A stretch of 64,000 bases of DNA from an uncultured Gemmatimonadales bacterium. GTDB taxonomy: Bacteria; Gemmatimonadota; Gemmatimonadetes; Longimicrobiales; Gaopeijiaceae. The stretch's first letter is position 1, and each line of letters begins with the position of its first letter. The stretch spans positions 288,001 through 352,000 of the forward strand of contig CAWELD010000003.1 in the NCBI GenBank assembly GCA_963809895.1, given 5' to 3'. The notes beneath the pieces are model-generated. The model did no database searches. It was not told the origin of the DNA and saw only the letters and a program-made list of their open reading frames with translations. Below are positions 20,748-35,028 of this stretch, piece after piece. Both the position numbers and the translations under genes were made by a program.

Positions 20748-21863
20748 ATGCACGCCCAGGAGCTTCAGCCCCGTCTTCTGCTCGGACCCGGGCCCTCGCC
20801 CGTGTCCGATCGCATTCTCCGGGCCATGGCCCGGCCGACCCTGGGGCATCTGGATCCGCAGTTCCTGCGTCTCATGGATGACGTCAACGATGGCCTGCGT
20901 CGGGTGTTCGGGACCTCCAATCGCATGACGTTCCCGGTGTCCGGGACCGGATCTGCGGGCATGGAGGCCGCGCTGGTGAACCTCCTGGAGCCGGGCGACA
21001 CGGCCATCGTGGGGATCAACGGGGTCTTCGGGCAGCGGCTCGCCGAGATGGCGCGGCGCATGGGTGCGAAGGTCGTGACCGTGGAGGCGGAGTGGGGCAG
21101 GGTCCTGGACACCGAGGCCATGGTGGAGGCACTGCGGGCGCATCCCGGCGCCCGCCTGGTGGCGCTGGTGCTCGCCGAGACCTCGACGGGCGTGTGGCAG
21201 CCCCTCGAGGAGATCGCCGGGGCGGTCACCGCCACGCCGACGCTCCTGGTGGTGGATGCGGTGACGGCTCTGGGCGGGATTCCGGTGGAGGTGGACCACG
21301 TGGGGATCGACGTCTGCTACGCCGGCACGCAGAAGTGTCTCGGAGTTCCGCCGGGCCTGGCGCCCATCACCTTCGGTCCGCGGGCCATGGAGCGCATCCG
21401 GAGCCGCACCACGCCCTGCCAGAGCTGGTACCTGGACGTGTCCCTCCTGGCGGGATACCTGGGCTCGGAGCGCAAGTACCACCACACGGCGCCCATCAAC
21501 ATGGTGTACGCCCTGCACGAGGGGCTCAGCGAGCTGGAAGAGGAGGGATTGCGCTCGCGCTACGCCCGCCATGCGGCGGTGGGAGAGCGCCTGCAGGAGG
21601 CGCTGCTGGAACGAGGCTTCAGTCTCTTCGCGCAGGAGGGGCACCGTCTTCCCCAACTCACGGCGGCACTGCTGCCGGAAGGGCTGGAGGAGGGCCCCCT
21701 GCGTCGGCGCATCCTGGACGAGCACGGCATCGAGATCGGCGGGGGACTGGGCCCCGCCAAGGGCAAGCTGTGGCGCGTGGGACTCATGGGCGCCGGCGCT
21801 CGAGACGCCAGCGTGGAGCGACTGCTGGCGGCCGTGGACGCCGTCATGGACGACGCCGCGTGA
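20748..21863 (+). CDS. Alanine--glyoxylate/serine--pyruvate aminotransferase (class V PLP)
   Basis: LLGPGPS, SGTGSAGME, ETSTGV, GTQKCLGVPPG and YHHTAPIN motifs. Confidence 0.93.
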   Translation: MHAQELQPRLLLGPGPSPVSDRILRAMARPTLGHLDPQFLRLMDDVNDGLRRVFGTSNRMTFPVSGTGSAGMEAALVNLLEPGDTAIVGINGVFGQRLAEMARRMGAKVVTVEAEWGRVLDTEAMVEALRAHPGARLVALVLAETSTGVWQPLEEIAGAVTATPTLLVVDAVTALGGIPVEVDHVGIDVCYAGTQKCLGVPPGLAPITFGPRAMERIRSRTTPCQSWYLDVSLLAGYLGSERKYHHTAPINMVYALHEGLSELEEEGLRSRYARHAAVGERLQEALLERGFSLFAQEGHRLPQLTAALLPEGLEEGPLRRRILDEHGIEIGGGLGPAKGKLWRVGLMGAGARDASVERLLAAVDAVMDDAA

Positions 21864-23224
21864 CGACGATGCGGACGGCGGCTGGCGCCGCCTCGCTCCT
21901 CGGCCTGCTGCTGGCGGGCTGTGCGTCGGGGGCCGGCGGGCGGCCGCAGGTACCCGATGAGCTGCCATCGCCGGCCGTTCAGGTGCGGGCCCCCGTGCTG
22001 GACGACGCGGCACCGGTGGTGGAGCCTCCGCCGGCGCCGCGCCGGGATCCCATCCTCGGCTCGCGGTGGGCGAGGGACCCCCGCATCGCCGAGCGCACCG
22101 AGTACTGGCGCCAGATCTTCAGCCAGCGGACGCCGGAAGATTTCACGGTCTTCCTGGAGCGCATGGGGTCGTACGCGACCCTGGTGGACTCCGCGCTGGC
22201 CGCCGAGGGGCTGCCGCGCTCGCTCCGCTACCTCCCCATCGTGGAGAGCGGCTACTCGCCGCGTGCGGTGAGCCGTGCGTCGGCCGTCGGGCTGTGGCAG
22301 TTCATGGCGCCCGTGGCTCGCGGCTACGGCATGCAGGTGACGCCGTTGGTGGACGAGCGCCGCGATCCGGTGAAGTCCACCCTGGCGGCCGCACGTTATC
22401 TGAAAGAGCTCCAGGAGCGCTTCGGATCCTGGTTCCTGGCGCTGGCGGCGTACAACGGAGGCCCGTCGCGGGTGGACCGGCTCCTGCGGGAGCAGGCCCC
22501 GCTGGCACCGCTGGGTGATTCGCTCTTCCTGGTGCTGTCTCCGTCGCTGCCCCGGGAGACGCGGGAGTTCGTGCCCAAGCTGCTGGCGGCCGCGTCGGTG
22601 GCGGAGCGACCCGAGCGGTACGGGGTGTCGGTACCGGTGGGGGCGGCCGCGTACGCCTTCGACGAGGTGGAGGTGCCCGATGCCACCTCGCTGGACGTGG
22701 TGGCCGGAGCCGCCGGTGTCACCGAGGACGAAGTGCGGGAGCTGAATCCCCACATCCTGAGAGGCGTCACGCCGCGGGGGCGGGCCACCGTCCTGCGGCT
22801 ACCGCCGGGCACCGGAGGCGCCTTCGCCGAGGCCTACGCCGAGATCCCCCCGTCGGAGCGGGTCACCGTGACCGAGCACGTGGTCGGCAGGGGCGAGACG
22901 CTCTCGGGGATCGCCCAGCAGTACGGGGTGCGGGTGTCGGAGCTCGAGGCGGCGAATCCGGGCGTGGAGCCACGGCGGATGCAGATCGGGGAGCGCCTGC
23001 TGGTGCCGCTGGTGCCCGGCGCCGCCGCCGGTCGGCGAGCCTCCAGGGTGGCGTCGGCGCCGGTGCCCTCTCAGGGCGTGCACGTGGTGCGCTCGGGCGA
23101 GAGCCTGTGGACCATCGCGCGCCGCTACGGTCTCACCGTGTCGGACCTGCGGTCCCTCAACGGACTGGGCGCCGGGGCGGTGCTGCACCCGGGCGATCGC
23201 ATCCGGCTGGTGGAAGGCGCCTGA
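21860..23224 (+). CDS. Lytic murein transglycosylase MltD-like lipoprotein with LysM domains
   Basis: LAGC lipobox; IVESGY, AVGLWQFM, AAYNGG and ETREFVPK SLT motifs; two clear C-terminal LysM repeats. Confidence 0.9.
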   Translation: MTTMRTAAGAASLLGLLLAGCASGAGGRPQVPDELPSPAVQVRAPVLDDAAPVVEPPPAPRRDPILGSRWARDPRIAERTEYWRQIFSQRTPEDFTVFLERMGSYATLVDSALAAEGLPRSLRYLPIVESGYSPRAVSRASAVGLWQFMAPVARGYGMQVTPLVDERRDPVKSTLAAARYLKELQERFGSWFLALAAYNGGPSRVDRLLREQAPLAPLGDSLFLVLSPSLPRETREFVPKLLAAASVAERPERYGVSVPVGAAAYAFDEVEVPDATSLDVVAGAAGVTEDEVRELNPHILRGVTPRGRATVLRLPPGTGGAFAEAYAEIPPSERVTVTEHVVGRGETLSGIAQQYGVRVSELEAANPGVEPRRMQIGERLLVPLVPGAAAGRRASRVASAPVPSQGVHVVRSGESLWTIARRYGLTVSDLRSLNGLGAGAVLHPGDRIRLVEGA

Positions 23225-23230
23225 CCCCGA

Positions 23231-23258
23231 ACGCCCGTCCCGCGGGTGGGGCGGGCGT
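23231..23258. terminator. GC-rich hairpin between convergent genes
   Basis: ACGCCCGTCC / GGGCGGGCGT inverted repeat. Confidence 0.55.
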
Positions 23259-23267
23259 CGCCGTGGC

Positions 23268-23780
23268 TCACTCCTGAGGTTCCGCCGTCCAGCGTCCGGA
23301 GCGGCCGCCTTCCTTCCGCACCAGGCGCACACCGTCGACCACCATGCCGCGATCCAGCGCCTTGGCCATGTCGTAGACCGTGAGCAGCGCCACGGACACC
23401 GCGGTCAGCGCCTCCATCTCCACCCCCGTGCGGCCCGTGTAGCGAGCCTCGGCGGTGACGCGCACACCCGGAAGCTCGGCATCCGGCACCAGCTCCACGC
23501 GCACCGACGCTCCGGGCAGGGCGTGACACAGGGGCACGAGCTCCGACGTGCGCTTGGCCGCCATGATGCCGGCCAGCCGGGCGGTACCGAAGACGTCGCC
23601 CTTGGGGAGGTCTCCGGCCCTGAGCGTGGCCAGCGTCTCGGGCCGCATGCGGATGCACCCTTCCGCCACGGCCACGCGCAGCGTCGCTTCCTTACCCGTC
23701 ACGTCCACCATGCGGGCCTCGCCTTCGGGGCCCAGGTGGGTCAGTCCGCCCTCGTCCACGTTCGGCTCCTCGTCGGTCAC
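23268..23780 (-). CDS. moaC: Cyclic pyranopterin monophosphate synthase MoaC
   Basis: [22 protein letters not shown] and [24 protein letters not shown] motifs; GTG start overlaps the holB stop. Confidence 0.95.
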   Translation of the reverse strand: MTDEEPNVDEGGLTHLGPEGEARMVDVTGKEATLRVAVAEGCIRMRPETLATLRAGDLPKGDVFGTARLAGIMAAKRTSELVPLCHALPGASVRVELVPDAELPGVRVTAEARYTGRTGVEMEALTAVSVALLTVYDMAKALDRGMVVDGVRLVRKEGGRSGRWTAEPQE

Positions 23781-24928
23781 GCCGCGCGGCACAGGCGGGC
23801 GCGCAGGCCCGCCACCATGCCGGTGATGATGAGCTGGGGATTGACGTTGCCCCGTGCCTCCAGGGCCGCCTCGTCCACCACGGCCAGGGCACGGGTCGCG
23901 GCCTCCGGATGCAAGCCGGCCTTGGCGGCGAGGTCGGTGAGCGTGGGCACCGCGTCCTGGTCGACGGCTCGCTGGGGGGCGCCGGCGGCGACGGCGGCGA
24001 GGTCCCGGACCCAGCCCTCCACCTCCGCCAGGAGGTCCAGCAGGCCGCGCGCGCCGGCGGGCCGGTAGCCCATGGCCAGCAGGTAGCCGGCCCCGGCATC
24101 GCCGGCCAGCGCCGCCTCCAGGACCCGAAACGCCTCTCGGTGGACCTCGTCCAGCGGCCCCGGGCTCCCGTCGGCCTGGGGCAGGAAGCCCAGGGCCCGG
24201 CCTATGGAGCCCTGGCCGAGCCGCGCGGCACGGCGAGCCTGGTCCGGCTCGGCGTCCACGGCTTCGGTGAGGAATCTCGCCACCCGGTCCGGGTCCAGCG
24301 GGCCCAGGTGGACGGGGACGGTGCGAGACCGGATCGTATCCAGCAAGCTGCCGGGCTCGCTGCTGGTGAGCATGAAGCGCGTGTCCGTAGGCGGTTCTTC
24401 CAGAAGCTTCAGCAGGGCATTCGCCGCCTCCTGGCTGGACTCCTGCGGCACCAGCATCTCTGCATCGGCGATGATGAAGATCTGCTGCCGCGACATGGAC
24501 GGCCGGCTCTGTGCCCGCTTGCGGAGCGTCTGCGCCGCCGCCAGATAGATCCCGGTAGGGTCGGCGTCGCTCACCGACGCCTGCAGCGGCGTCTGACGCA
24601 GCTCGGCCAGGCGGGCGTAGCGCGCTTCCTCCAACGCCTCGGCGAGCTTGTCGGACGGCGTCCCTCGAGGGCGGGACACGGGGAAGTGCCAGTGCAGGTC
24701 GGGGTGCTCGAGCTTGAGCGCCAGACGGCAGCTCCGGCACCGGTCGCAGGGCCCCTCGGGCCCCGGGTCGTCGCACAGTTGCAGTTGACCCAGCCAGAGG
24801 GCCAGCCGTTGCTTGCCGACGCCCCTGGGGCCGTGGATCAGGAGCGATGCGGGCAGGGTGTCGGCCGCGGTCGCCCGGATCAAGGCCGTGCGCATGGCTT
24901 CGTGTCCCTCCAGCGCGTGCAGCGTCAC
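23777..24928 (-). CDS. holB: DNA polymerase III delta' subunit
   Basis: [32 protein letters not shown] and TIRSR motifs. Confidence 0.9.
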   Translation of the reverse strand: MTLHALEGHEAMRTALIRATAADTLPASLLIHGPRGVGKQRLALWLGQLQLCDDPGPEGPCDRCRSCRLALKLEHPDLHWHFPVSRPRGTPSDKLAEALEEARYARLAELRQTPLQASVSDADPTGIYLAAAQTLRKRAQSRPSMSRQQIFIIADAEMLVPQESSQEAANALLKLLEEPPTDTRFMLTSSEPGSLLDTIRSRTVPVHLGPLDPDRVARFLTEAVDAEPDQARRAARLGQGSIGRALGFLPQADGSPGPLDEVHREAFRVLEAALAGDAGAGYLLAMGYRPAGARGLLDLLAEVEGWVRDLAAVAAGAPQRAVDQDAVPTLTDLAAKAGLHPEAATRALAVVDEAALEARGNVNPQLIITGMVAGLRARLCRAA

Positions 24929-26160
24929 AGGCCTCCTCCCCGAGCCCGGAGCCACTGGAGCGGATCCTGCGCCTGGGGAGATCCGCCCTGGGTGGGCGCC
25001 CGGATCTGGAACTCGATGTGAGGCCCCTCCGGGGTTCCCCGCCCGCCCACCGTGCCCACGACCTGGCCGGCCTCCACGTCGCGCCCCTGCACGACGCCGA
25101 TGTCGTCCAGGTAGAGGTAGAGGGTGTAGAATCCGTCGCCGTGGCTCACCACCACGCTGGGCCCGTAGCCCTCGAAGGGCCCGGCCAGCACGACACGGCC
25201 GTCCCGGACCGCGCGCACGGGCGTGCCCACCGGGGCGCCGATGCCGATTCCGTTGAAGCGCAGCACCGTTCCGTTGGGTCGCTGCTGGCGGCCGAAGCGA
25301 TAGACCACGTTGCCGTCCACCGGCCAGTCGAGCCGCCCCGCGTCGGCTCCGGTCAGCGTGCCGGGGTTCGCCGGATTGCCGCCCGACGCGGCCCGGCGTC
25401 GCTCCTCTTCGAGCCGTCGTCGGTCGAGCTCGACCACGAGGTCGGTGAGGCGCTTTTCGTCGGCCTCCAGCTTGTCCAGGCTGGAGCGGGTCGTGGCCTC
25501 CCGCGAGCGGAACTGCTCGAGGGTCCGCTGCCGCTCCTGCTCCACCGCCCTGAGCTGCGCCACCTCCGTGAGCTGGCTCTGTCGCAGCTGGCCCAGCTCC
25601 TGGAGCTTCTCGCGGAGATCGTCGTTCTGGGCCGCCAGCGAGGACTCGAGCTCGGACACCCGGTCCACGAGCCCGCGGTCGTAGGCGGCGATGAGGCGAA
25701 GGTAGCGGTACCGCGTCAGGAGGTCGCCGAACGATTCGGCGCTGAGCAGGACCCGGACCGTGTGTAGCGCGCCCATCTTGTAGATGTCACGCAGCCGGCG
25801 GTTGAGCACCGCCGAGTTCTCGCTCATGCGCTCCCGGGTGAGGAGGAGCTGGCGGGTCGTCTCCTGCACCTGCTGGTTGGTGGCGTCGACCTGGAACTCC
25901 ACTTCCGCCAGCGCCGAGCGGGAGGCGCTGAGCTGGCGCTCGATGTTGCGGAGGTTGGCCGAGGCGTCCTCGACGCGGCCCTGGACGTCGGCCATCTCCG
26001 CCTGCAGCCGGGCCCGTTCAGCGCGGATTTCCTCGAGGCGGCGCTGGCTGTCGCGGATCTGCTGCTGCAGGTCGCCCCCGGTCTGTTGGGCCGCCAGGAG
26101 GCCGGGCACGAGGAGCGTCCACAGGAGCAGGAGCACGCGCGTCACGGCCCTCACTGTCAC
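24925..26160 (-). CDS. envC: Murein hydrolase activator EnvC
   Basis: Signal peptide, long coiled coil, degenerate M23 domain (WPVDG, NGIGI, TLYLYL); directly downstream of ftsEX. Confidence 0.88.
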   Translation of the reverse strand: MTVRAVTRVLLLLWTLLVPGLLAAQQTGGDLQQQIRDSQRRLEEIRAERARLQAEMADVQGRVEDASANLRNIERQLSASRSALAEVEFQVDATNQQVQETTRQLLLTRERMSENSAVLNRRLRDIYKMGALHTVRVLLSAESFGDLLTRYRYLRLIAAYDRGLVDRVSELESSLAAQNDDLREKLQELGQLRQSQLTEVAQLRAVEQERQRTLEQFRSREATTRSSLDKLEADEKRLTDLVVELDRRRLEEERRRAASGGNPANPGTLTGADAGRLDWPVDGNVVYRFGRQQRPNGTVLRFNGIGIGAPVGTPVRAVRDGRVVLAGPFEGYGPSVVVSHGDGFYTLYLYLDDIGVVQGRDVEAGQVVGTVGGRGTPEGPHIEFQIRAPTQGGSPQAQDPLQWLRARGGGL

Positions 26161-27020
26161 GTCACCTCCCGCAGATGGCGGCGCACGGCCAGGCTGCTGG
26201 CGCCCGCTCCGAAGACCGCACCGGCCACGACGCCCAGGAGGAGCCAGGTCGGAGGCAGCCAGTCGATTCCGAAGTCCAGGAAGCCGGTGACGGTCAGGAA
26301 GGCGACCCAGGTCAGCACGATGGCCACGACGCCGCCCAGAAGCCCGGTGAAGGCGCCCTCGAGGAGGAAGGGGCGGCTGATGAAGCCGTCGCGGGCCCCG
26401 ACGAGACGCATGACGTAGATCTCGTCGCGCCGGGCGAAGATGGCGATGCGGAGGGCTGTGCCGATGATCAGCGCGGCCACCAGCGCGAAGGCTCCTCCCA
26501 GGGCGACCGAGGCCACCGCGGCGATGCGTCGCAGACCGAAGAGACGGTCCACCCATTCCTGGCCGAAGGACACGTCCTCCACGAAGGGGAAGGCCGAGGC
26601 GACCTCCACGACCCGATCCACGGCGGCCCGGGTCCGGCTACCCTCGCGCAGCCGGACTTCCAGCGATGCGGGCAGCGGGTTCACCACCAGGCCCGTGAAC
26701 ACCTCGTCGAACTGGGGCATGTCGCGCCGGGCCCTCGCCAGCGCCGAGTCCTTGCTCACGTACAGCACGGACTCCACCGAGGGCATGTCGTTCAACTGTG
26801 CCACCCCGGCCTCGATCTCGTCGTTCATGGCGTCGTCACGCAGGTAGGCCACCACCTCCACTCGCGCCTCGACCCGGTTCAGCACCTCCTGGAGGTTGAA
26901 GGCCACCAGCCCGAACAGGCCCACCACGAACAGGGCCAGTCCCACCATGGCCGCGGCCAGCCCGGTGAGCACGGGGGCACGACGGAAGGCCGCCACGGCC
27001 TCGCGGAAGGCGTACCTCAC
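26157..27020 (-). CDS. ftsX: Cell division permease FtsX
   Basis: NPLPASLEV, RRDEIYVMRLVGA and PFLLEG motifs. Confidence 0.93.
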   Translation of the reverse strand: MRYAFREAVAAFRRAPVLTGLAAAMVGLALFVVGLFGLVAFNLQEVLNRVEARVEVVAYLRDDAMNDEIEAGVAQLNDMPSVESVLYVSKDSALARARRDMPQFDEVFTGLVVNPLPASLEVRLREGSRTRAAVDRVVEVASAFPFVEDVSFGQEWVDRLFGLRRIAAVASVALGGAFALVAALIIGTALRIAIFARRDEIYVMRLVGARDGFISRPFLLEGAFTGLLGGVVAIVLTWVAFLTVTGFLDFGIDWLPPTWLLLGVVAGAVFGAGASSLAVRRHLREVT

Positions 27021-27730
27021 CCCTCGTCCTCCGGTTGCGGCGCCTGGGGAGCCTGCGGCGCGGCCGCTTTCGAATCATAGACCAGGCGGCCTTCGTCCAA
27101 CTCCAGCACCCGGGTGTCGGAGTAGCGCTTCAGGAGCTCCAGATCGTGGGTGGCCATGAGGACCGCCATCCCCATGGCGTTGATCTCGCGAAAGAGCTCC
27201 AGGATACCCCGGGTGGCCCGCTCGTCGAGATTGCCGGTGGGCTCGTCCGCCAGAAGCACCACCGGGTCGTTGGCCAGAGCCCGGGCGATGGCCACCCGCT
27301 GCTGCTCCCCGCCCGATAGCTCGTGGACCAGGGCACCCACCTTGGGCGCCAGCCCCACCTGGGCCAGGAGCCGCTGGGAGCGGGGGCGGATCTCGGCCGC
27401 GTTGGTACCGGTGACCTCGAGGGCGAAGGCCACGTTCTCCAGGGCGGTGCGGCCGGGCAGAAGCCGGAAGTCCTGGAAGACGAAACCCACCCGCCGGCGG
27501 ATCTTCCACACGTCCCGGTCCGAGGTGCGCTCCGACGAGAAACCGCTCACCCGCACCTCACCGGCGGTGGGCCGCTCCGCCATGTGGACCAGCTTCAGCG
27601 TGGTGGACTTGCCGGACCCGGAATGACCGGTGAGGAAGGCGAACTCGCCCTTCCGGATGTGAAAGGAGACTCCCCGCAAGGCGGCCCCGCGCTTCGGATA
27701 TTCCTTGGAGACGTTGGTGAGCTTGATCAC
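27017..27730 (-). CDS. ftsE: Cell division ATP-binding protein FtsE
   Basis: GHSGSGKST, VFQDFRLL, LSGGEQQRVAIARA and ADEPTGNLD motifs. Confidence 0.95.
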   Translation of the reverse strand: MIKLTNVSKEYPKRGAALRGVSFHIRKGEFAFLTGHSGSGKSTTLKLVHMAERPTAGEVRVSGFSSERTSDRDVWKIRRRVGFVFQDFRLLPGRTALENVAFALEVTGTNAAEIRPRSQRLLAQVGLAPKVGALVHELSGGEQQRVAIARALANDPVVLLADEPTGNLDERATRGILELFREINAMGMAVLMATHDLELLKRYSDTRVLELDEGRLVYDSKAAAPQAPQAPQPEDEG

Positions 27731-27788
27731 GGGGATCCACCGAGGGAGATCGGGGGGTGTGCACGCGCAGGCGTGCGTCGGGGCCACA

Positions 27789-28733
27789 CTATGCGGACCG
27801 ACCCCGGCGCGCCAGACGCGCCGCCAGGCGCACGGCTTCGAGCATGGAGGTCGGGTCGGCCCGGTCCTGACCCACCAGGTCGAAAGCGGTGCCGTGGTCC
27901 GGCGACGTGCGGGGGAAGGGCAGGCCCAGCGTCACGTTCACGCCCGCGCCGAACGACACGGTCTTGAAGGCGGCCATCCCCACGTCGTGGTAGGGAGCCA
28001 CCACCGCATCGAAGGCCCCGCCCAGGGTGCGGGCGAACACCGTGTCCGCCGGCAGCGGTCCCTCCACCGAAAGCCCGCGCTCCCGGAGCCGCGCGGTCGC
28101 GGGGGCGAACACCCGGGCCTCTTCGTCGCCGAAGAGCCCGCCGTCGGAGGCGTGGGGGTTGAGCGCGCACAGCGCGATCCGGGGCTCCTGGATGCCCCAG
28201 AGGTCGCGGAGGGCGCCGTGCAGGAGACGCGCCTGGCTCTCGAGCAGCTCGGCGGTGACCAGGTCAGGGACGTCGCGGAGCGCCACGTGGGTCGTGGCCA
28301 GGAGGACCCGGAGCGGGGCGCCGAGCCGCGTGTGCTCGGCCGCCATGAGCATGCCCACCCGGGCCGCGCCGGTGAGACGCTGCAGCAGCTCCGTGTGGCC
28401 GGGCTCGTCGTAACCCGCCGCCCGCAGCGCCGGCTTGTGGATGGGTGCGGTGACCACGGCATCGGCTTCGCCGTCCAGGGCCAGGCGGACGGCCGCCTCG
28501 ATGGCGTGGGCGGCGATGCGCCCCGCGGCGCGGTCGTCGAGCGACGCCCCGGTGTCGCCGGCGGCCTCCTCGAGGTGCTCCGAGATGCCACCCGCGCCGA
28601 TGAAACGGAGCTCGACGGACGCACCGTGCTCCAGGGCCGCGACCGCCTTGCGGGTGACCTCGATGCCGATGCCGCGGGGGTCGCCCAGCGTGACCGCCAG
28701 ACGGGTCGCCGGCACGCCGCCTGCCGACGTCAT
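27789..28733 (-). CDS. pdxA: 4-hydroxythreonine-4-phosphate dehydrogenase
   Basis: GDPRGIG, GHTE, LNPHASDGG, YHDVG and RTSPDHGTAFD motifs. Confidence 0.95.
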   Translation of the reverse strand: MTSAGGVPATRLAVTLGDPRGIGIEVTRKAVAALEHGASVELRFIGAGGISEHLEEAAGDTGASLDDRAAGRIAAHAIEAAVRLALDGEADAVVTAPIHKPALRAAGYDEPGHTELLQRLTGAARVGMLMAAEHTRLGAPLRVLLATTHVALRDVPDLVTAELLESQARLLHGALRDLWGIQEPRIALCALNPHASDGGLFGDEEARVFAPATARLRERGLSVEGPLPADTVFARTLGGAFDAVVAPYHDVGMAAFKTVSFGAGVNVTLGLPFPRTSPDHGTAFDLVGQDRADPTSMLEAVRLAARLARRGRSA

Positions 28734-28745
28734 CGACCGACTACG

Positions 28746-30086
28746 CTAGAAGCGGATGTCGACGTAGGCGCGCTCCCGCAGCTGATCGTAGATGCGGTTG
28801 ATCTGCTTCTGCTGCTGGAGGCGCTGGCGGATGGTGTCCTTGAGGTCGTCGAACTGGAACTCGCCGGCCTCGCGGATATCGGACACCTTGACCACGACGA
28901 AGAAGGTCTGGCCGTTGATGGTGGTCTCGAAGGGGCCGACCACGTCCCCTTCCTGGGCCGTGCGCAACGCATCGGCGTAGCCCGGAGGCAGGTCCGTAGC
29001 GATACTGTCCCGCGGAATGGTGAAGACAGCGCTCTGCCGACTCTCACCGTAGCGCTGGTTGAGGTCCTCCGCCGACGCGCCGGCCCGGATGGAATCGGCC
29101 AGGGACGAGGCGAGCGCTCGTGCGCGGGCGGCATCTTCGGGGCTCGGCTCGGGGGTGATGAGGATGTGCCGCGCCTTCACCTCGCCCGGTCGGCTCCGCT
29201 CGACCTTGATGATGTGCCAGCCGTAGTCGGTGCGCACCGGATTGCTGATCTGACCGTCGCTGAGGCGGAAGGCCGCATCCTCGAAGGCCTGGATGAAGTT
29301 CCCGCGTCGGAACCAGCCCAGGTCGCCCCCGTTGGCCGCCGAGCCCGGATCGTCGGACATCTCCTCGGCGGTGGCGGCGAAGTCCGCTCCGGCACGCAGG
29401 GCGACCACCAGCGAATCGGCGACGCGCTTCGCCGCGGCCCAGGACGAATCGGGCGGAGACGGGCGCAGGATCACCTGTTCCAGGCTCAGGAACTCCGGAC
29501 GCTGCTGGAGTTGGTCCTTTTGTGACTCGAAGAGCTCCCGCATCTCGGCCTCGGTCACCGCCACCGCCGGCATCTGCTGGAGCTGCCGCTGCATGTAGAG
29601 CTGCTGGATCTGCTGCGTGCGGATCTGGCGGCGAAGCTCCTCGCGGTAGGTGGCCAACGTGAGGCCGTCCTGGTCCAGCGCCTGCTGCAGCGCCTGGGTC
29701 GTCCCGAACTGGCTCTGAACCTGCTGGACAGCCTGCTCGACCCGTTGATTCACGACGGCGTCGTCGGGGGTGAGCGTCGAGTCCAGCGCCGCGGCCTGCA
29801 GCACGAGCTGCAGGTCCACCAGGCTGTTCAGTAGCTCGGAGAAGGCCTGGCGGCGCTGGTCCGGGTCCGTGGGGAACGTCTGACCCTGTTGTTCGAGGAT
29901 CGCCGCCTGCTCCTGGAGCTGGGACATGAGGATCACCGAGTCGCCCACCACGGCCACGACCCGGTCCACGAGGCTGTCGGGCTCTCCCGGCACCTGGGGC
30001 GTTTGCGCCACGGCGCAGCGCGGAAGCAGGAGCGCTCCCGCAGCGAGGATCGGGGACAGTCTGGCGGCGAGCCGTCTCATGTGCAT
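28746..30086 (-). CDS. surA: SurA-like chaperone / parvulin PPIase
   Basis: DRVVAVVG N-domain; SDDPGSAANGGDLGWF and TDYGWHIIKV parvulin motifs; upstream of pdxA. Confidence 0.85.
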   Translation of the reverse strand: MHMRRLAARLSPILAAGALLLPRCAVAQTPQVPGEPDSLVDRVVAVVGDSVILMSQLQEQAAILEQQGQTFPTDPDQRRQAFSELLNSLVDLQLVLQAAALDSTLTPDDAVVNQRVEQAVQQVQSQFGTTQALQQALDQDGLTLATYREELRRQIRTQQIQQLYMQRQLQQMPAVAVTEAEMRELFESQKDQLQQRPEFLSLEQVILRPSPPDSSWAAAKRVADSLVVALRAGADFAATAEEMSDDPGSAANGGDLGWFRRGNFIQAFEDAAFRLSDGQISNPVRTDYGWHIIKVERSRPGEVKARHILITPEPSPEDAARARALASSLADSIRAGASAEDLNQRYGESRQSAVFTIPRDSIATDLPPGYADALRTAQEGDVVGPFETTINGQTFFVVVKVSDIREAGEFQFDDLKDTIRQRLQQQKQINRIYDQLRERAYVDIRF

Positions 30087-30204
30087 CGTGGGGTCGGTAC
30101 CCTTCGGGGGATCGAGCCGGCGCCTCCGGAAGGGGGAAACCGGCGCGGGTCGGCGCGAACGCCGACCCGCCGTGTCGTAAACCTGCGTCCGGGACGGGTT
30201 CCCG

Positions 30205-31656
30205 TCACGAGCCGCCGCTGGTGTCCGGGGGTGTCGCCGGGGGATTCGCGCCCGGCGCGGCTTGCTGCCCGGAGGGCGCCGGCTGCGTCGGCTGTGGACC
30301 GCGCACCCGCGTGATCGCCTCCACCGCGGCGTCGACCCCGGCATCGAAGGTGCGGGCGTCGTACTTGTTCCTGAGCACCACGCTGATGCCCGTCGTGGGC
30401 AGGATCTGCCGGGTACCCGCGACGATCCCCTGCAGATTCTCCTGAACCACGCGCTCCACGGCCTGGGCGCGGGTCTCGGTGCCCTTCACCTCGATGGGGA
30501 AGAGGCCCGCCGAGCGCGCCGCCTCTCGGAAGCGGGTGCGATACTCTCCGGCCAGGGAGTCACGGCGCGCCTCGCTGGGGCCCAGGCCGGCCGCGCGGGC
30601 GACCTGCACCAGGAGCTTCCGCTGCGTCAGGGCGCGCAGGAAGTTGTCGCGGATGACGTCGTCCGGCGCCGTCTGCAGACCCTGGATGAACTGGGGCTGG
30701 CGCGTGCGCAGGAACGCCTGCAGATCGCCCAGCGTGTACTTGCCACCGCCGTAGGTCACCAGGGCGCGCTTCGCCGCGCGGCTGCCGAGCTGCTGGCCCG
30801 GATCCTGGGCCAGATCCTTCACCAGCGCTTCGGCGCCGTCCTGTACCTCCATGTCGGCGTCGTTCTCGACGCCGGCGATGTAGGTCGATTCCGCCTGTTG
30901 GTAACGCTGCTGCTTGATCTGGCTCTCGAAGTCGGCACGCACGTCCTCGAACGAGGGAATCTCCTTGTCCTCCACCTTGATGATGTGGAGACCGAAGGGG
31001 CTTTCCACGATGCCGCTCACCTCGCCCGGGTCGAGCGAGAAGGCGGCGTCATCGAACGGCTTCACCATCTGTCCGCGCTCGAACCAGTCCAGGTCGCCCC
31101 CGTTCTGGGCGGTACCGGCGTCCTGGGAGTACTGGCGGGCCAGCGCTGCGAAGTCCTCACCGGCCCGCACCCGCGTAAGAACGCTGTCCATCCTGCGGCG
31201 CACGCTGTCGCGCTGCTCCTGGGTGGCCTGTTGGGGGAATCCCATGAGGATGTGTCGGGCGCGCACCCGGGCCCCGGGCGTGTCGGTGTCGTACTTGTTC
31301 CGGAGCTCCGCTTCGGTGACCACCGTATCGGGTTGGATCACCGAATCCTGGAGCGCCTGCACCATCTCCTGGTCGAACTGCTGATCCAGGAGCGGGCTCA
31401 TGTCCACGTCGTTCAGGGTGGAATCCCGGGCGGTGGCTTCGGCCAGCAGCGTGTAGTCGATCCACAGGTCCGCGAGGGCGACCACCACCTGGGGCTGATT
31501 CGGCACGTCCGTCGCGCTGGCAAGCAGGCGCACGGTCTCGTTCACCGTCAGCTCGTGGTCGTCGGCCCGGGCCACGACACCACCCGTGTCGTCGGCCGTG
31601 CAGGCGGACAGGATGAGCAGGGCGGCCAGCAGGACCGTCGTCGGCAATGTCTTCAA
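30205..31656 (-). CDS. Parvulin-type peptidyl-prolyl isomerase lipoprotein
   Basis: LSAC lipobox; ARHIL, FAALARQYSQD, GGDLDWF and SPFGLHIIKV motifs. Confidence 0.88.
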   Translation of the reverse strand: MKTLPTTVLLAALLILSACTADDTGGVVARADDHELTVNETVRLLASATDVPNQPQVVVALADLWIDYTLLAEATARDSTLNDVDMSPLLDQQFDQEMVQALQDSVIQPDTVVTEAELRNKYDTDTPGARVRARHILMGFPQQATQEQRDSVRRRMDSVLTRVRAGEDFAALARQYSQDAGTAQNGGDLDWFERGQMVKPFDDAAFSLDPGEVSGIVESPFGLHIIKVEDKEIPSFEDVRADFESQIKQQRYQQAESTYIAGVENDADMEVQDGAEALVKDLAQDPGQQLGSRAAKRALVTYGGGKYTLGDLQAFLRTRQPQFIQGLQTAPDDVIRDNFLRALTQRKLLVQVARAAGLGPSEARRDSLAGEYRTRFREAARSAGLFPIEVKGTETRAQAVERVVQENLQGIVAGTRQILPTTGISVVLRNKYDARTFDAGVDAAVEAITRVRGPQPTQPAPSGQQAAPGANPPATPPDTSGGS

Positions 31657-31659
31657 CGT

Positions 31660-35011
<3,352 letters not shown>

Positions 35012-35028
<17 letters not shown>
